From IMG/VR virus record IMGVR_UViG_2597490185_000004, positions 43,004 to 107,003 of that record: DNA of 64,000 nt; one strand, written 5' to 3'. A program made the position numbers and the translations under genes. A model generated the notes under the pieces. The model searched no databases and had not been told where the DNA came from. It saw nothing but the letters and a program-made list of their open reading frames with translations. Below are positions 39,778-50,738 of this stretch, piece by piece (positions within the stretch are counted from its first letter, which is position 1; the number at the start of each line of letters is the position of its first letter). The DNA comes from a virus.

Positions 39778-39940
39778 CAATTGACCACTATGGTTAGTAA
39801 TGTAATGGGTTTTGTAGCCGTCATCACTTTTATTATCTCAGATTTGAGCTGACAGCTTTCTCATGCAGCACACAACACACAATCAAATCTTACAGTCAGC
39901 TCATAGCTGACTGTAAGATTACAACACCTATCCTGTTGCT

Positions 39941-40318
39941 TTAATACCAGCCATTCTCTGCTATTTGGCATCCGAGCGAAAAGATTTCATCTTGGTAATC
40001 TCTAATAACTTGCTCTATGGATTGCTTTTGTTCAGTCGTTAAAGAGTCCCAAATTTCAATAATAGGCTTATCGTGTTCTGACCATTCTATTGGGGGTTCA
40101 TTATCCTCTGGAGCAGTCGGAATTTGCGTTTTTACGTTGATATCAGGCGATTGACTTGACGGAGTACATGAAATATCACCCACTATCACTCTTACAATAC
40201 CTGTTCTATCACGAAGGATAATGTTGTTGTTATACAGCTCCATACGCTCTCCTTTAGAGCAGTAAACATCAGTTTCTGATTTTTTCTGTTTTTCCACTAG
40301 TGATACCGTGAAGTGCAT
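39941..40318 (-). CDS. hypothetical protein, possibly a fragment
   Basis: 125 aa ORF; start uncertain. Confidence 0.4.
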   Translation of the reverse strand: MHFTVSLVEKQKKSETDVYCSKGERMELYNNNIILRDRTGIVRVIVGDISCTPSSQSPDINVKTQIPTAPEDNEPPIEWSEHDKPIIEIWDSLTTEQKQSIEQVIRDYQDEIFSLGCQIAENGWY

Positions 40319-40770
40319 GAAGCCTGATGGGGCAGTTCAGATGTAAACAAATCAGTACCAATTGAGTTCGTTACACTCATCGATACAATCCCGAAAGAAA
40401 GAGACTGTTTCATTGTGTAACCCAAGCTGTCTATGCAATTTGTTGGCGCAGTTCTTTCTTGATTAGCCATTGTCTTTCGCCTTTTTGTTCAATTGAATAA
40501 GTGATCGTTTTGCATTCGCGGCATTGCGAATATAAAAAAGACGTTCCTGAAAAAACTCTTTCTCTTTAGGTACATGCTTCAAAAATGAAAGATTTGCTTC
40601 TAACGATTGCCTATACATTAATATTTCAAACATAATTGTAAGTAAGTGAATACATATTGTTTTGGTATAATAATGATCTAAAGCAGGTATACAAGAAATT
40701 TATATAAGAGTTAAAGGCGGGAGCAATAGAAAGGGCGCCAATTGCGCCCCAGTGTAGACAATAATATTGG

Positions 40771-41877
40771 TTATTCTTCTCTTTCTTCCGCTTCGTCTTC
40801 TGGAATGTCCTTAGCGTCCATATCCATAGCCGCGTCAGCCGACTCAGAGTTTTCGGTGTGCCATGTTTCAAGTAGCTCGACAATGCGATCTGCCGGCAAT
40901 TTCTTGAAATTAACAACTACTTCTTTACGTGAATAGGCTTTATCACCTAGTAATATACGACCGGAATCATTCTTTTTCAGATAACCCACTGCCAGCATGT
41001 GATCAACTAAAGACTCGGTAGCGTCGATGCCGATCTCTGTGTCGTAGTAGAAACTCCATGATGCAGTTTTAAATGGTGGAGCTACCTTGTTTTTAATGAT
41101 TTTGGCAGTTACAACGTCACCAACTCGCTCCGTACCTTCTTTGATTTGGGATTTGCTTAACTGAACACGAACAGAAGCGGCGAATCCCGGTGCTTTGCCG
41201 CCCGGTGCTTTGGTGTTGTCGCCAAATGTCACGCTCAGATCCTGACGGCACTGGTTGAGGAAAATCATACATACATTGTATTTATTCGCCCACTGGCTCA
41301 GAGCAGGGAAGTGAGAAGACGTACAACGTGCTAGCGCCGTATTATCATTCATATTCAGATCATCTTTCTTTGTCGCTTTGCCACAGGCTTTATTGGCGAA
41401 TTTCTCGAAAATTTGCTTCGGCACCATTGTTGCCAAAGAATCGAAAACAAGGACAATAGGCGCTGTTGGTGGAATAATTTTCCCGTCGCGGATCTCTTTT
41501 ACAATATACGAGGCGTATTCGAGAGATTCTTCAAACGTCTCAGGCTGTTGGTAGATCCAGTTTCCGTCTTCACCTACATTCAAACCACATTTTTCGGCTA
41601 GGAGTGAGTCGAAACTTTTTTCATGATCCATAAACATCGAAATACCACCGGCTTTTTGACCTGAAATCATAGCTTGAGTAGCAATATATGTTTTGCCTGA
41701 CGACTCCCATCCAAAAATTTCCACAATACGACCGCATGGGAAGCCGCCATTGTACTTACCTGAGATTGCTTTATTCAAATGCGGTAAACCAGTATCAAGC
41801 CAGACCTCGACATGCTGTTGCTTTGCATTGGATTTAACTTTGCTTTTAAAAAACTTCTTCATCTTATCTGCTGACAT
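40771..41877 (-). CDS. recA: RecA/UvsX-like recombinase
   Basis: GRIVEIFGWESSGKT, FMDHEKSFD, VFDSLA, IFLNQ.R, PGGKA..F.ASVR, IKNKVAPPFK. Confidence 0.92.
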   Translation of the reverse strand: MSADKMKKFFKSKVKSNAKQQHVEVWLDTGLPHLNKAISGKYNGGFPCGRIVEIFGWESSGKTYIATQAMISGQKAGGISMFMDHEKSFDSLLAEKCGLNVGEDGNWIYQQPETFEESLEYASYIVKEIRDGKIIPPTAPIVLVFDSLATMVPKQIFEKFANKACGKATKKDDLNMNDNTALARCTSSHFPALSQWANKYNVCMIFLNQCRQDLSVTFGDNTKAPGGKAPGFAASVRVQLSKSQIKEGTERVGDVVTAKIIKNKVAPPFKTASWSFYYDTEIGIDATESLVDHMLAVGYLKKNDSGRILLGDKAYSRKEVVVNFKKLPADRIVELLETWHTENSESADAAMDMDAKDIPEDEAEEREE

Positions 41878-41879
41878 GG

Positions 41880-42146
41880 TTAGGCACTCGCTTTCTCTAA
41901 CGGGTAAATAGTTGCCAGTTGCTCAGGCTCGAAGTAATCCTGATTTAGCTTTCTACAAATACGGTTATACATGGTCATACAATGGCCGTGGACTAAGGCT
42001 AATTCCCGTTCAGTAACCTTTATTTCATTCTGGGAAAGGATGGTGCGTACACGGCCTAATCCACTACGACCGTACATAGAAACGAATTCTTTCGCTAAAT
42101 CTGTAGGGGAGACTGTTATGCCTCTATTAATTAAAGATGTGATCAT
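41880..42146 (-). CDS. hypothetical phage protein
   Basis: 88 aa, coupled between the exonuclease and recA. Confidence 0.7.
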   Translation of the reverse strand: MITSLINRGITVSPTDLAKEFVSMYGRSGLGRVRTILSQNEIKVTERELALVHGHCMTMYNRICRKLNQDYFEPEQLATIYPLEKASA

Positions 42147-43099
42147 GCGGAAACTCCTTTTAGCCCGTATCGTTCAAATGGAGTCAGAAACACCTCTAAA
42201 TCTTCTAAAATTGTCTGGAAGTTCAGCTCTAACATTAATTGCCGTAACTTTTCAGGATCGTATTCCATCGGAATAGAGGTGATTGTGTCTGGCTTTAACG
42301 GACAACCACGTAACATCATTAATCGTAGGTTACGTTTGAAAATATCCATCATCCCCATACCCTGCTTCTCGTTAAATTCGTTGAGTGACAGTTTCTCGAA
42401 CGCTTTACGTGAACGATTTTTCATCAATGCTTCTCCAGACAGAACGACACGACGGATTTCTGCAACTGAGCCATATTCAGCCAAGAATTCTTTTGCGCCT
42501 TTCTCGCCAATTCCACCAACGCCAGGGATCGTATCGGACGTATCGCCTTGAAGTGCTTTGCCTTGGATAAATGCTAGTGGTGTGTGATAACCAGTGTCTT
42601 CAAAGAATTTATCGAGGCGCAAAATGGAATCGTCGCGCTGATTGATAAATGACACATTTTCATCAACTAATTGCTTGTAATCCCCGTCACCAGACAGCAA
42701 ATATATATGCTCGTATTTGCCTTTTTCTGTACTGACCAATAAGCCGGCCAAATCATCCGCTTCGCCGTCTTCGGCAATAAACTGTTCGACGCCGAGATAA
42801 GAGAATGCCTTTTGGATATATGGGCGCTGTAGCTTAAATTTCTCTTTCATGGCCTCCATGTCAGGGTTTGGCTCACGCTTCTTGTAATCCGCATAGATCG
42901 CGTTGCGTTTGACGGTTTTACCATCCCAAAGAATGACGACACGGGCTTTTTGGATAGAAGCGAGACGTTTAACAGTGCGGAGTGTGTTGTAGACAGCCTG
43001 AGTTTCCATGTCACCGACTTTCAGCGTAGCCGCTGATTGCTGGTGGTAGTAACCTTGGCTGTGTGCATCAACTAATAACAGGTTCATATTTCCCTCCAA
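42143..43099 (-). CDS. 5'-3' exonuclease / flap endonuclease (T4 RNase H-like)
   Basis: LLVDAHS, WDG, GEADDL, SGDGDYKQL, GDTSDTIPGVGGIGEK. Confidence 0.92.
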   Translation of the reverse strand: MEGNMNLLLVDAHSQGYYHQQSAATLKVGDMETQAVYNTLRTVKRLASIQKARVVILWDGKTVKRNAIYADYKKREPNPDMEAMKEKFKLQRPYIQKAFSYLGVEQFIAEDGEADDLAGLLVSTEKGKYEHIYLLSGDGDYKQLVDENVSFINQRDDSILRLDKFFEDTGYHTPLAFIQGKALQGDTSDTIPGVGGIGEKGAKEFLAEYGSVAEIRRVVLSGEALMKNRSRKAFEKLSLNEFNEKQGMGMMDIFKRNLRLMMLRGCPLKPDTITSIPMEYDPEKLRQLMLELNFQTILEDLEVFLTPFERYGLKGVSA

Positions 43100-43145
43100 T
43101 GATAAGGGCGCACGAATGCGCCCTGTTTCACAACCAAAGTTACGA

Positions 43146-44120
43146 TTAAATGCCTTCCAGCTCTTTCATCATCTTTTCAAGTTCGTTGGCATCCAGAGAG
43201 TCACCGATTGGCTCAGCAATAGGTGCTTCACTTACTGCCGCAGATGCTTTTGCACTATCAACACCAGTAAACTCTGCCTCAGATGCCGCAGCCGCAGCCT
43301 CTTTAGCGACGTTTGTTGAGCTGGAGAAAGGTATATCGTCAGACGCAGGAGCGGAAAAGCCCGGTAAAGCTGCTCCAGTAGTGCCAGTTGCAGGTAGTGC
43401 CATTGTGGAAGAAACTGAAACAGCAACACCGGTTAATGCGCCAATTGCTTTACCAGCGATAGCTATTTTGTTTACGTCACCCTGACTTGCGACAAAATTT
43501 TCCAAACTGATTACACTACTTGTTAATTTGGCAGGAATTTCGCATTTGGATTTACGATTAGGAGATACTGAGTATTTGGTATCACGGCCAGCACCGGTAC
43601 GCTCAATTTTAAACGCATAGCCCGCGGTTGCAGACAGAGGATTGCCGATTTCGTCAGACAGATGTTCTTCAATGCCTTTCAGCACATCGTCAAATACCGT
43701 TTGTGGTAGTTCAACTAACTGAGCTTTTTCAGCGGAATCTAGTTCCGGTGAAGTGGTGACGACGCCGTTAACAAGGAAACGTTGACTGGAACGAATATCT
43801 GTGATCAATTCTTCCATTTTTTCGTTGCCTTTATGGATCGCTTTCGCTTCCATCAGTGCTTCACACAATTCACATGGCTCACCGTATGATGCGCTTTTAC
43901 AAATAGAGGCAACTGTTTTCGCTTTACCACCTTCGTTTGTTTTTACAAAATGCATACCAAAAGCGTGATAAAATACACCGTTTGGATCTGTCATATTTGG
44001 AAACACACGGAGATAAGAAACACCGTTTTGTAGCTTAACTGTATCTATGCCACGACCCGCGTTTTTAGTTGCAATTTCTTTACGTTTACCGCGAATAAGC
44101 TCTAATAAAGATGTTGACAT
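43146..44120 (-). CDS. single-stranded DNA-binding protein (gp32-like)
   Basis: LRVFP, H.F.MH, CK...G.PCELC, Y.FKIERTG.G.DTKY, acidic tail. Confidence 0.75.
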   Translation of the reverse strand: MSTSLLELIRGKRKEIATKNAGRGIDTVKLQNGVSYLRVFPNMTDPNGVFYHAFGMHFVKTNEGGKAKTVASICKSASYGEPCELCEALMEAKAIHKGNEKMEELITDIRSSQRFLVNGVVTTSPELDSAEKAQLVELPQTVFDDVLKGIEEHLSDEIGNPLSATAGYAFKIERTGAGRDTKYSVSPNRKSKCEIPAKLTSSVISLENFVASQGDVNKIAIAGKAIGALTGVAVSVSSTMALPATGTTGAALPGFSAPASDDIPFSSSTNVAKEAAAAASEAEFTGVDSAKASAAVSEAPIAEPIGDSLDANELEKMMKELEGI

Positions 44121-44252
44121 ACCTGTTCCTTAATTTGTTTCGTTTGTCTGTTTTTGTGTTTTGTCTATTTAGTGAGTTCAAATACAATTGTGTTTTGTTG
44201 CTCTAGTTTTCTGAGTGGCTAGATAATAGATCAGTAAGTACATACATAAAAG

Positions 44253-44819
44253 CTATTTTTTTAGGTTGGTGTTATTTCTTCCGGCAAACGTACCTGCGCC
44301 CAAAATTTCATAATCCAAGATTGCTTTCTTAGAGGCTTGCACAACCATGTCACGGCGATGGCGTAGGGCGTCAACAGCACCTTTGTAGATATCCGTCATT
44401 TCTTTTGTATGGTTGTAATTGTTTCGCACCTTAGCTAACGTTCTGGCGATCACGGCAACCTTTTCAGGCAATTCATCCATGAACGAATTTTTGAGGCTAA
44501 GTTCGGTGTCAGAGCCAGAATAATGCCGCTCTATCTGTTTAACCATTGCTTCAATAGCAGCCTCTGAACTCTTTGTTCCGTTCATGTTTCTTGCTGTTCT
44601 AACTACGTTGTAAAGAGCCGCCTCAAGTCCCTCAATACGGTCCTTTTCCTCAGCGCAGATTCTTTCTGATTCGGCTTGTTTTGCCGTGTATTTAATCACC
44701 AGTTTTGGCTGATTAGCCCAGACGGAATCAAGGTTATCTAGATCGGTTTCTAAGTCAGATATAACCTGCTCAATTACTAATTCTCTCAAACTTACGTTTG
44801 TGTCATTCATGCTGCTCAC
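44253..44819 (-). CDS. UvsY-like recombination mediator (helical)
   Basis: DLETDLDNLD..W.NQPKL..KY... coiled coil; lies next to the SSB and RecA genes. Confidence 0.45.
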   Translation of the reverse strand: MSSMNDTNVSLRELVIEQVISDLETDLDNLDSVWANQPKLVIKYTAKQAESERICAEEKDRIEGLEAALYNVVRTARNMNGTKSSEAAIEAMVKQIERHYSGSDTELSLKNSFMDELPEKVAVIARTLAKVRNNYNHTKEMTDIYKGAVDALRHRRDMVVQASKKAILDYEILGAGTFAGRNNTNLKK

Positions 44820-45009
44820 TCATTATTTAATAATTTAATTTGGTAACTAAATACCTATTATCGTTCACCAAAGTTATTTGATAAAGAGCCGAAATGATGG
44901 AGTGACTTGGTTAAGGTAGCCGGATACGCGATTGGCGCGTTAAATTCACCATCCGCATAGAATTTGCCGTTCGGTTTAAAATACGTCATTTTTAGTGTGA
45001 TTTTATCCA

Positions 45010-45483
45010 TTATGCAGCCTCTATCTGTGCAAAAAACTTTCTGAATTCAGATACTTTTTGGGTCAACTCCTCAACCGGAACTCCTTGCTCCATAAGCTCA
45101 TCGAGATCGCCGCCAATATAATCGTTCATTAAGGCGATCCGCTTTTCAGCGGATGAAATGAATGAATCCCGGTATGACAAAATATTGAGGTAGGCTTTAT
45201 CTGTATTGGTGCTGGTGGCGAGATCTTTTAGCAGACAATTAAGCTCATCAAGCGGATATTTACCAATGATGCTCTTGGCAACATCACGTAAACGACGATT
45301 AGGTCGGTCACCGTATTTTATTGCTATTGCCCTTGCTAGCTCTAAATTGGTGGCTGTGCTGATAAATGGGACAAATATGGATGACATAATCATCAAATTA
45401 GCCTTTTCACGGATCTTGTCTGTGATAATTGGTTCTACTTTTTTCAGTTCCATTTTTATTTTTTCTGTACTTGCTTGAGACAT
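45010..45483 (-). CDS. hypothetical phage protein
   Basis: 157 aa ORF. Confidence 0.7.
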   Translation of the reverse strand: MSQASTEKIKMELKKVEPIITDKIREKANLMIMSSIFVPFISTATNLELARAIAIKYGDRPNRRLRDVAKSIIGKYPLDELNCLLKDLATSTNTDKAYLNILSYRDSFISSAEKRIALMNDYIGGDLDELMEQGVPVEELTQKVSEFRKFFAQIEAA

Positions 45484-45539
45484 AAATAATAAACCATTCA
45501 GACAGGCAATATACCCAATCTGAACGGCTTTACAGGTGG

Positions 45540-48500
45540 TTAATTCTCGTTTACTGTGGTGGCAACTTCTTCGACAATCTTGATTAGCTTTTCGTCTTCT
45601 TCTGGTCGGAAATAGAGAATATTAGGGTTGAATGCATAGAACACCGTGGCGTCCATACCCGCAAAGTATTCCTTTCTGCCGACTAAATCTGAGGGTTTAG
45701 ATTTGTTATTGAAAAGTGAGGAAGCCAAGCTACCACAAGCCAGAATGTAAGTAGGTTTCGCGATTTCAAGCTCAGCTTTCATGTAATCAGTGAAAGCTGA
45801 AATATCCTCTTTGGAATATGTTTTAGCTCCCTCATCTTTTTGCTTTTTCAACACACCAGTAATATAAATGTCACCCATCAGGAAACCGGCGTTTGTCAAA
45901 ATAGCTTTGAACTCGTTATAGCCGGATTCCATGAATATCCCGTTGTTCACATCACTTTTACTTGCCCCATCAAGGATGATCATGAATTTCGGCTTTCTGC
46001 CAGTACGTGGTCTTACCAGACTATCGGTTAAACCTGTCTCGGAAGAAATACGATTCATCAGTAAGCTAATATTGGCGTTTTTCTTTTCATCCATGACAAA
46101 CTCACGGGATGTTTTAACCGCCTCGATAACCAAGTTACCCATCAACTCAGCCTGATTTTTACGACGAGATTCATCAGATGCTGGCGGCTGATCTGCTTCG
46201 ATAGAGGCGAATGCCCCGACTAGATCCAGCGATTCAATAACTCGCGCATTGCAAGAACGTTTGTTTACAACTTCGACAAACTGAGTCTTGCTTTCAAACT
46301 TACCACCGAGTTTATTTCTGGCTTCAACAATGGCGTTACTTCCGTTCGATGAACAACCTTTGACAGCACTGAAAGGAGCGAACAAAGTAGGGCCCCCGTC
46401 AATGTCTCTGATTTCCATACGATGACTGGAAATATTGATATCTGGTGGAAGAATAGAAATGCCGTAATCTAGCGCATCAGCTACCAAATCCTGATGCTTG
46501 TCCTCGCCTAAAATCGTGATGGCGGCGGCGAAGAATTCTGCTGGATAGAAGGTTTTTAGCCACATTGATTGATAACTAATCAGGGTATACGCAACGGAAT
46601 GTGACTTGTTGAACTGATACGCACCGTTCTTTTCCAGTGCATTCCAAATCTCATTTGCTTTTTCTTTCGTCAGTCCAGCCTGTTCAGAGCCGACTATAAC
46701 GCCTTTAACCAGTTTACCCTCGATACGGATCTCAACTTCTGATCCCAAAGCGTTTTCAATAGTGAGTTTAGTGTCGCCGCACTTGAAGTGTTCCGCTCTG
46801 TGAACGGTCATTATCGAGCCATCTTCAAACAGAACATCGATCCAGCCAGCGCCAGCCTGAGCTTTAAATAACTCACCCATAGACGCCATTTTAGCAGCGT
46901 CCTTTTTACCAATCGCTTTACGGACAGCATCAGCCTCAGCCAAAGTAAATCCACCAAGGATCTGCACCGTTTTCATGGTCTGTTCCTGATAGAGAATAAC
47001 GCCGTTGGTTTCTCTCGTGAGTTCGTCAAGTTTAGGGTGAAGTGACGCTGGCTCAGAAAAGCCTTTCGCGACTGAAACAAACGTGTCTAACATGCCTGAT
47101 TGAATAGGCCCAGGTCGAAACAGTGCGGTTGTCGCAACGATAGTCTCAAATGAGATCGGATCTACGCCACCGCCCAAGTCTTTCAGAAGGTTACGCATAG
47201 GTGCGGATTCAAGCTGGAATACACCTTTAGTCCGGCCATTGGCAAAGTTTTCCATTACCTTACTTTCATCGAGTGACACTTCATTGAGGCGCACCACACC
47301 AGCCCCGTGACGTTCATCGATATAATCGACAGCCAATTGCAATAAATCGAGTGTAGCCAACCCTAAGACGTCTAATTTGATTAACCCCATGTCCTCACAA
47401 TGGCGCTTATCCCAATTGATTACACGCTCGTCACCACGACGTTCAATCACCGCTCGTTCACGAATTGGCACACTGGAAACGATCATACCGGCTGCGTGAC
47501 GGCCATAGCTACGCATCATGTTTTTTAACTTACAAGCTGATTCGAATGCTTTAGGGTATTTGGTTGCGTATTTATCCAGAGAAGCAAGTTCAGAACGCAA
47601 TTCTTCAAGCGGCAAATCATCACCTTCTTTGACAGCCCACCCCACCTCTTTTGATACAGCTAAATCGGCGGTCGGAACGTTAAAAATCCTCGCTGAGTCA
47701 CGAATGGCAGATGCCGCGCCAAGATAGGAATAGTTAACGATGCCGGCAACGTAATCCTCACCGTATTTTTCGTACAAATATTTAATTGCGAGGTGGCGTT
47801 TGGATTGTGAAAAGTCCAAGTCAGCATCGGGTAAATCCAGACGTTCTGGGTTAATGAAACGTTCAAAAAGTAAACCGTGTCGAATTGGGTCTACATCGGT
47901 AATACCCACGCACCACGCAACCAATGAACCACCTACAGAACCACGGCCAGCTCCGACAGGTATTTTTGTCTTGATAGAGTGTTGCATCAGATCGGAAACC
48001 ATGAGGAAGTAACCGCAAAACCCTAAACGAGTCAGCACCTCCAACTCATATTTCATGCGACTAATGTATTCTGGCCACTGTGTTTTAGGTGGTGTGTAGC
48101 CAAACGATTTGCCGACCAGTTTTGCTTTTAATCCATCAATAGCTAACGTTTTCAGCGTAGTAGCCTCATCCTCTGCCATTTTCGGTAATGCAATACCCAT
48201 CTTGTGCCAGCGATAATTACATTTGCCTATAATTTCATCCTGTATTGTTGAAACCATAGCAGGGGAGACGGCTGTTCCGGTTCTCTCATTGAACTCTTTC
48301 AGATGCTTAAGCAGATGAAAACGGTCGTTAATCGCATTGTCACGCACATAAGGTATTCTCATGCGGTGAACTTGGTCGGATTTGACGTTGTTACACACCT
48401 GATACGCAATATCTTTAAGATCGGCATCGTCAGAAGATTCGTAATAGGCCGGATAGAAAGCAACGCGCTTTAAAGATAAAGTTTCCGCTGTGATAGATGA

Positions 48501-49076
48501 TTTGATATTAATCTGGTCGAAAAAAGGCGAATTCATTGGGTAAACGGCTGCGTATAAATCCTCACGGTTTACGGATGCCAGTTTTTCCATTACAGCCACA
48601 TGGTCACGCCGACGAAACACACTGTCAAAATCCGCTGTCGTTAAGACAATATTGCCTTTGCTGTGCGTTTCAATGACTTGCGATAGATCTAAACGTGGGA
48701 TCTTATAAAACTGATTTCGTTCATAACCGTAGCTCAGTAAAGAGCATAGATCAGAGAACCCCTGTTCGTTCTTTGCCATAGCGATAAACGAATAGCCAAA
48801 GTCACGATCAATTGGCAGTAATTCTTCTCCTTTTTCCTTACGTTCTTTGTTTTCGGATTCAATAAAAGGATTATCTACGATAATTAGACGTGTACCGAGT
48901 ATGACTGAAACGTCCTCAGAAGCTGCCGTTTGCATTGGGATAACAGCGGATATATTCATGGTATCAGCGGATATAATCGCTTTGTAGCCTTTGTCCTTTG
49001 CGATTTGAACAGCATTAGCCGCCTTGATGGTAGACTCACCTAATGAAAAGTCAGTTCTTACGAGTAGAGCTTGCAT
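45540..49076 (-). CDS. dnaE: DNA polymerase III alpha subunit with C-terminal UDG-like domain
   Basis: PHP domain, GRGSVGGSLV, PERLDLPDADLDF, GRHAAG, KLDVLGL, ILYQEQ, FNKSHSVAY, YPAEF; likely start MQALLVRTDFS. Confidence 0.95.
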   Translation of the reverse strand: MQALLVRTDFSLGESTIKAANAVQIAKDKGYKAIISADTMNISAVIPMQTAASEDVSVILGTRLIIVDNPFIESENKERKEKGEELLPIDRDFGYSFIAMAKNEQGFSDLCSLLSYGYERNQFYKIPRLDLSQVIETHSKGNIVLTTADFDSVFRRRDHVAVMEKLASVNREDLYAAVYPMNSPFFDQINIKSSITAETLSLKRVAFYPAYYESSDDADLKDIAYQVCNNVKSDQVHRMRIPYVRDNAINDRFHLLKHLKEFNERTGTAVSPAMVSTIQDEIIGKCNYRWHKMGIALPKMAEDEATTLKTLAIDGLKAKLVGKSFGYTPPKTQWPEYISRMKYELEVLTRLGFCGYFLMVSDLMQHSIKTKIPVGAGRGSVGGSLVAWCVGITDVDPIRHGLLFERFINPERLDLPDADLDFSQSKRHLAIKYLYEKYGEDYVAGIVNYSYLGAASAIRDSARIFNVPTADLAVSKEVGWAVKEGDDLPLEELRSELASLDKYATKYPKAFESACKLKNMMRSYGRHAAGMIVSSVPIRERAVIERRGDERVINWDKRHCEDMGLIKLDVLGLATLDLLQLAVDYIDERHGAGVVRLNEVSLDESKVMENFANGRTKGVFQLESAPMRNLLKDLGGGVDPISFETIVATTALFRPGPIQSGMLDTFVSVAKGFSEPASLHPKLDELTRETNGVILYQEQTMKTVQILGGFTLAEADAVRKAIGKKDAAKMASMGELFKAQAGAGWIDVLFEDGSIMTVHRAEHFKCGDTKLTIENALGSEVEIRIEGKLVKGVIVGSEQAGLTKEKANEIWNALEKNGAYQFNKSHSVAYTLISYQSMWLKTFYPAEFFAAAITILGEDKHQDLVADALDYGISILPPDINISSHRMEIRDIDGGPTLFAPFSAVKGCSSNGSNAIVEARNKLGGKFESKTQFVEVVNKRSCNARVIESLDLVGAFASIEADQPPASDESRRKNQAELMGNLVIEAVKTSREFVMDEKKNANISLLMNRISSETGLTDSLVRPRTGRKPKFMIILDGASKSDVNNGIFMESGYNEFKAILTNAGFLMGDIYITGVLKKQKDEGAKTYSKEDISAFTDYMKAELEIAKPTYILACGSLASSLFNNKSKPSDLVGRKEYFAGMDATVFYAFNPNILYFRPEEDEKLIKIVEEVATTVNEN

Positions 49077-49245
49077 TCTTTTTACCTCGCGTGTTTCCGC
49101 CATCCATAGGGAAACACTCAAATTTACCGAATATAGCGATCATTCTGTTTTGTGCCTCAACGTGACACGCCTCTCTGTGAGGACAAGCCTGACAGAGAAG
49201 CGATTTTTCGGAGGCGGTTAGAATTGAGCCGAAGCACCCAATCAT
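49051..49245 (-). CDS. small Cys-rich phage protein
   Basis: GCFGS...CQACP....C; coupled to the AAA gene and overlaps the dnaE start. Confidence 0.7.
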   Translation of the reverse strand: MIGCFGSILTASEKSLLCQACPHREACHVEAQNRMIAIFGKFECFPMDGGNTRGKKNASSTRKN

Positions 49246-50567
49246 GCGGCTTTTCCGAATAAGCGTTGTGCAAATTCAAGCGCGGCAACAGCTGACGCAG
49301 ATGGGAGTTTATTGACGTAGGCTTTCTTCAAGCCAAGAATAGGATCGTTGCGCATTACACCGATTGTGCCGGCATTCAGTAATTCACGAGGGCCGATAGG
49401 TTGGGCGATTTCATGAGCTTCATAAGCCTCGCGACAACGTTTGGCGAAATTCACCAATTTTTTAGCAAGTTGTTCAGGTATACCGTTGGCAACCAAAATT
49501 GCAATTTCTTGTGCTTCTGGCATGTATTCGACTTTTGAAACCAGAGCAAAGCGTGAGTAGTTTGCGGCGTTTTGTTGGTTTGTTCCTTGATATAGCCCCG
49601 TTTCGTCGCCAGAGCCGTTTGTGTTGCCGGTAGCTAAGAATGCAAAATGTTTGTGTCGAACCGTTCTGCGCCATTCTGGTGTCGCTTCTTTCAGGATCAG
49701 CGGTTCACCCTCTAATACTGGCTGATACAGTGACAAAATTTGTGGATAGGCAAAGTCGTATTCGTCGGCCAGATAGATAAAGCCATGCTTCATTGCCAAG
49801 GTTAATAAACCCGGTTCAAAGTATGTGCGGCCATCTTTTGCAAGGATCTGACCGGTGATATGAGATTCTTCGGTTGATGCCGTGTGTTGTGAACGAATGA
49901 CAGGGCGCCCAAGACGTGCCGCGATTTGCGTTGGCAATGATGATTTACCAGTGCCGGCGTGGCCCCATAAATAACCAGGCATACCTGTGGTGAACATCAT
50001 CAGAATATCTTTAATTAACTCAACGTCATTAAAAACATAAGCCTTGTTAACTTCCGGCACGAATTCAGGAAACGGTCGGTTGATAAAAATATCTGTAATG
50101 ATTGGTTTTCCCAAAGCATTCATCAGATGCCCCGCAGGAAGTCCAAGAACCTCATGCAAAGCTGCTTTCTCAGTGGTGTATTCAGTTATACCGGCATGAC
50201 CGTGAGTATGCGTTACCGTTGCATCTAGAGAGCCAGTGCCAGAAGTTTCTGTGGCTGTTGTTGCCATACCTACTTTGGAATGAGCAGTAGATTCTTTAGC
50301 TTTCATTTTAGATTCGGCAGCTCTTAGTGCTGAAGTAGAAACGGTTTCCTTATAAGGATAGAGGCGTTTGTATTCAGCCAGAGCATCGTCAGGATTCATT
50401 GGTTCGCCATTTTTGTATTTTGGATGCTCAAGACACTTTAATGAGCCGTCTTCTGGTTTTGGCATGAAATGCGTCTTCATTAACAACTCAGGAGCACCGC
50501 AGAGAGCACAATGAATAGGCGTAATTTTTGGGGCATCAACCGCAGATGATTCGCTGACTTTTGACAT
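49242..50567 (-). CDS. MoxR/CobS-like AAA+ ATPase
   Basis: WGHAGTGKSS, YLADEYD, F.FLATGNTNG, NAANYSRF. Confidence 0.9.
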   Translation of the reverse strand: MSKVSESSAVDAPKITPIHCALCGAPELLMKTHFMPKPEDGSLKCLEHPKYKNGEPMNPDDALAEYKRLYPYKETVSTSALRAAESKMKAKESTAHSKVGMATTATETSGTGSLDATVTHTHGHAGITEYTTEKAALHEVLGLPAGHLMNALGKPIITDIFINRPFPEFVPEVNKAYVFNDVELIKDILMMFTTGMPGYLWGHAGTGKSSLPTQIAARLGRPVIRSQHTASTEESHITGQILAKDGRTYFEPGLLTLAMKHGFIYLADEYDFAYPQILSLYQPVLEGEPLILKEATPEWRRTVRHKHFAFLATGNTNGSGDETGLYQGTNQQNAANYSRFALVSKVEYMPEAQEIAILVANGIPEQLAKKLVNFAKRCREAYEAHEIAQPIGPRELLNAGTIGVMRNDPILGLKKAYVNKLPSASAVAALEFAQRLFGKAA

Positions 50568-50738
50568 TTTCTGTATAACCTTAATTTGCGTTGGTGTTAT
50601 TGTTAAAACTTATATATATCTTACATAAAATAATTAAGTAAGTAATTAGATACCTATTTAAATTTAGAGGTTAATAATTATGAAAAATCTCTTTAAATAC
50701 TATGGGAGCACGGCTTCAAAAAATACATAGGATTGAAG

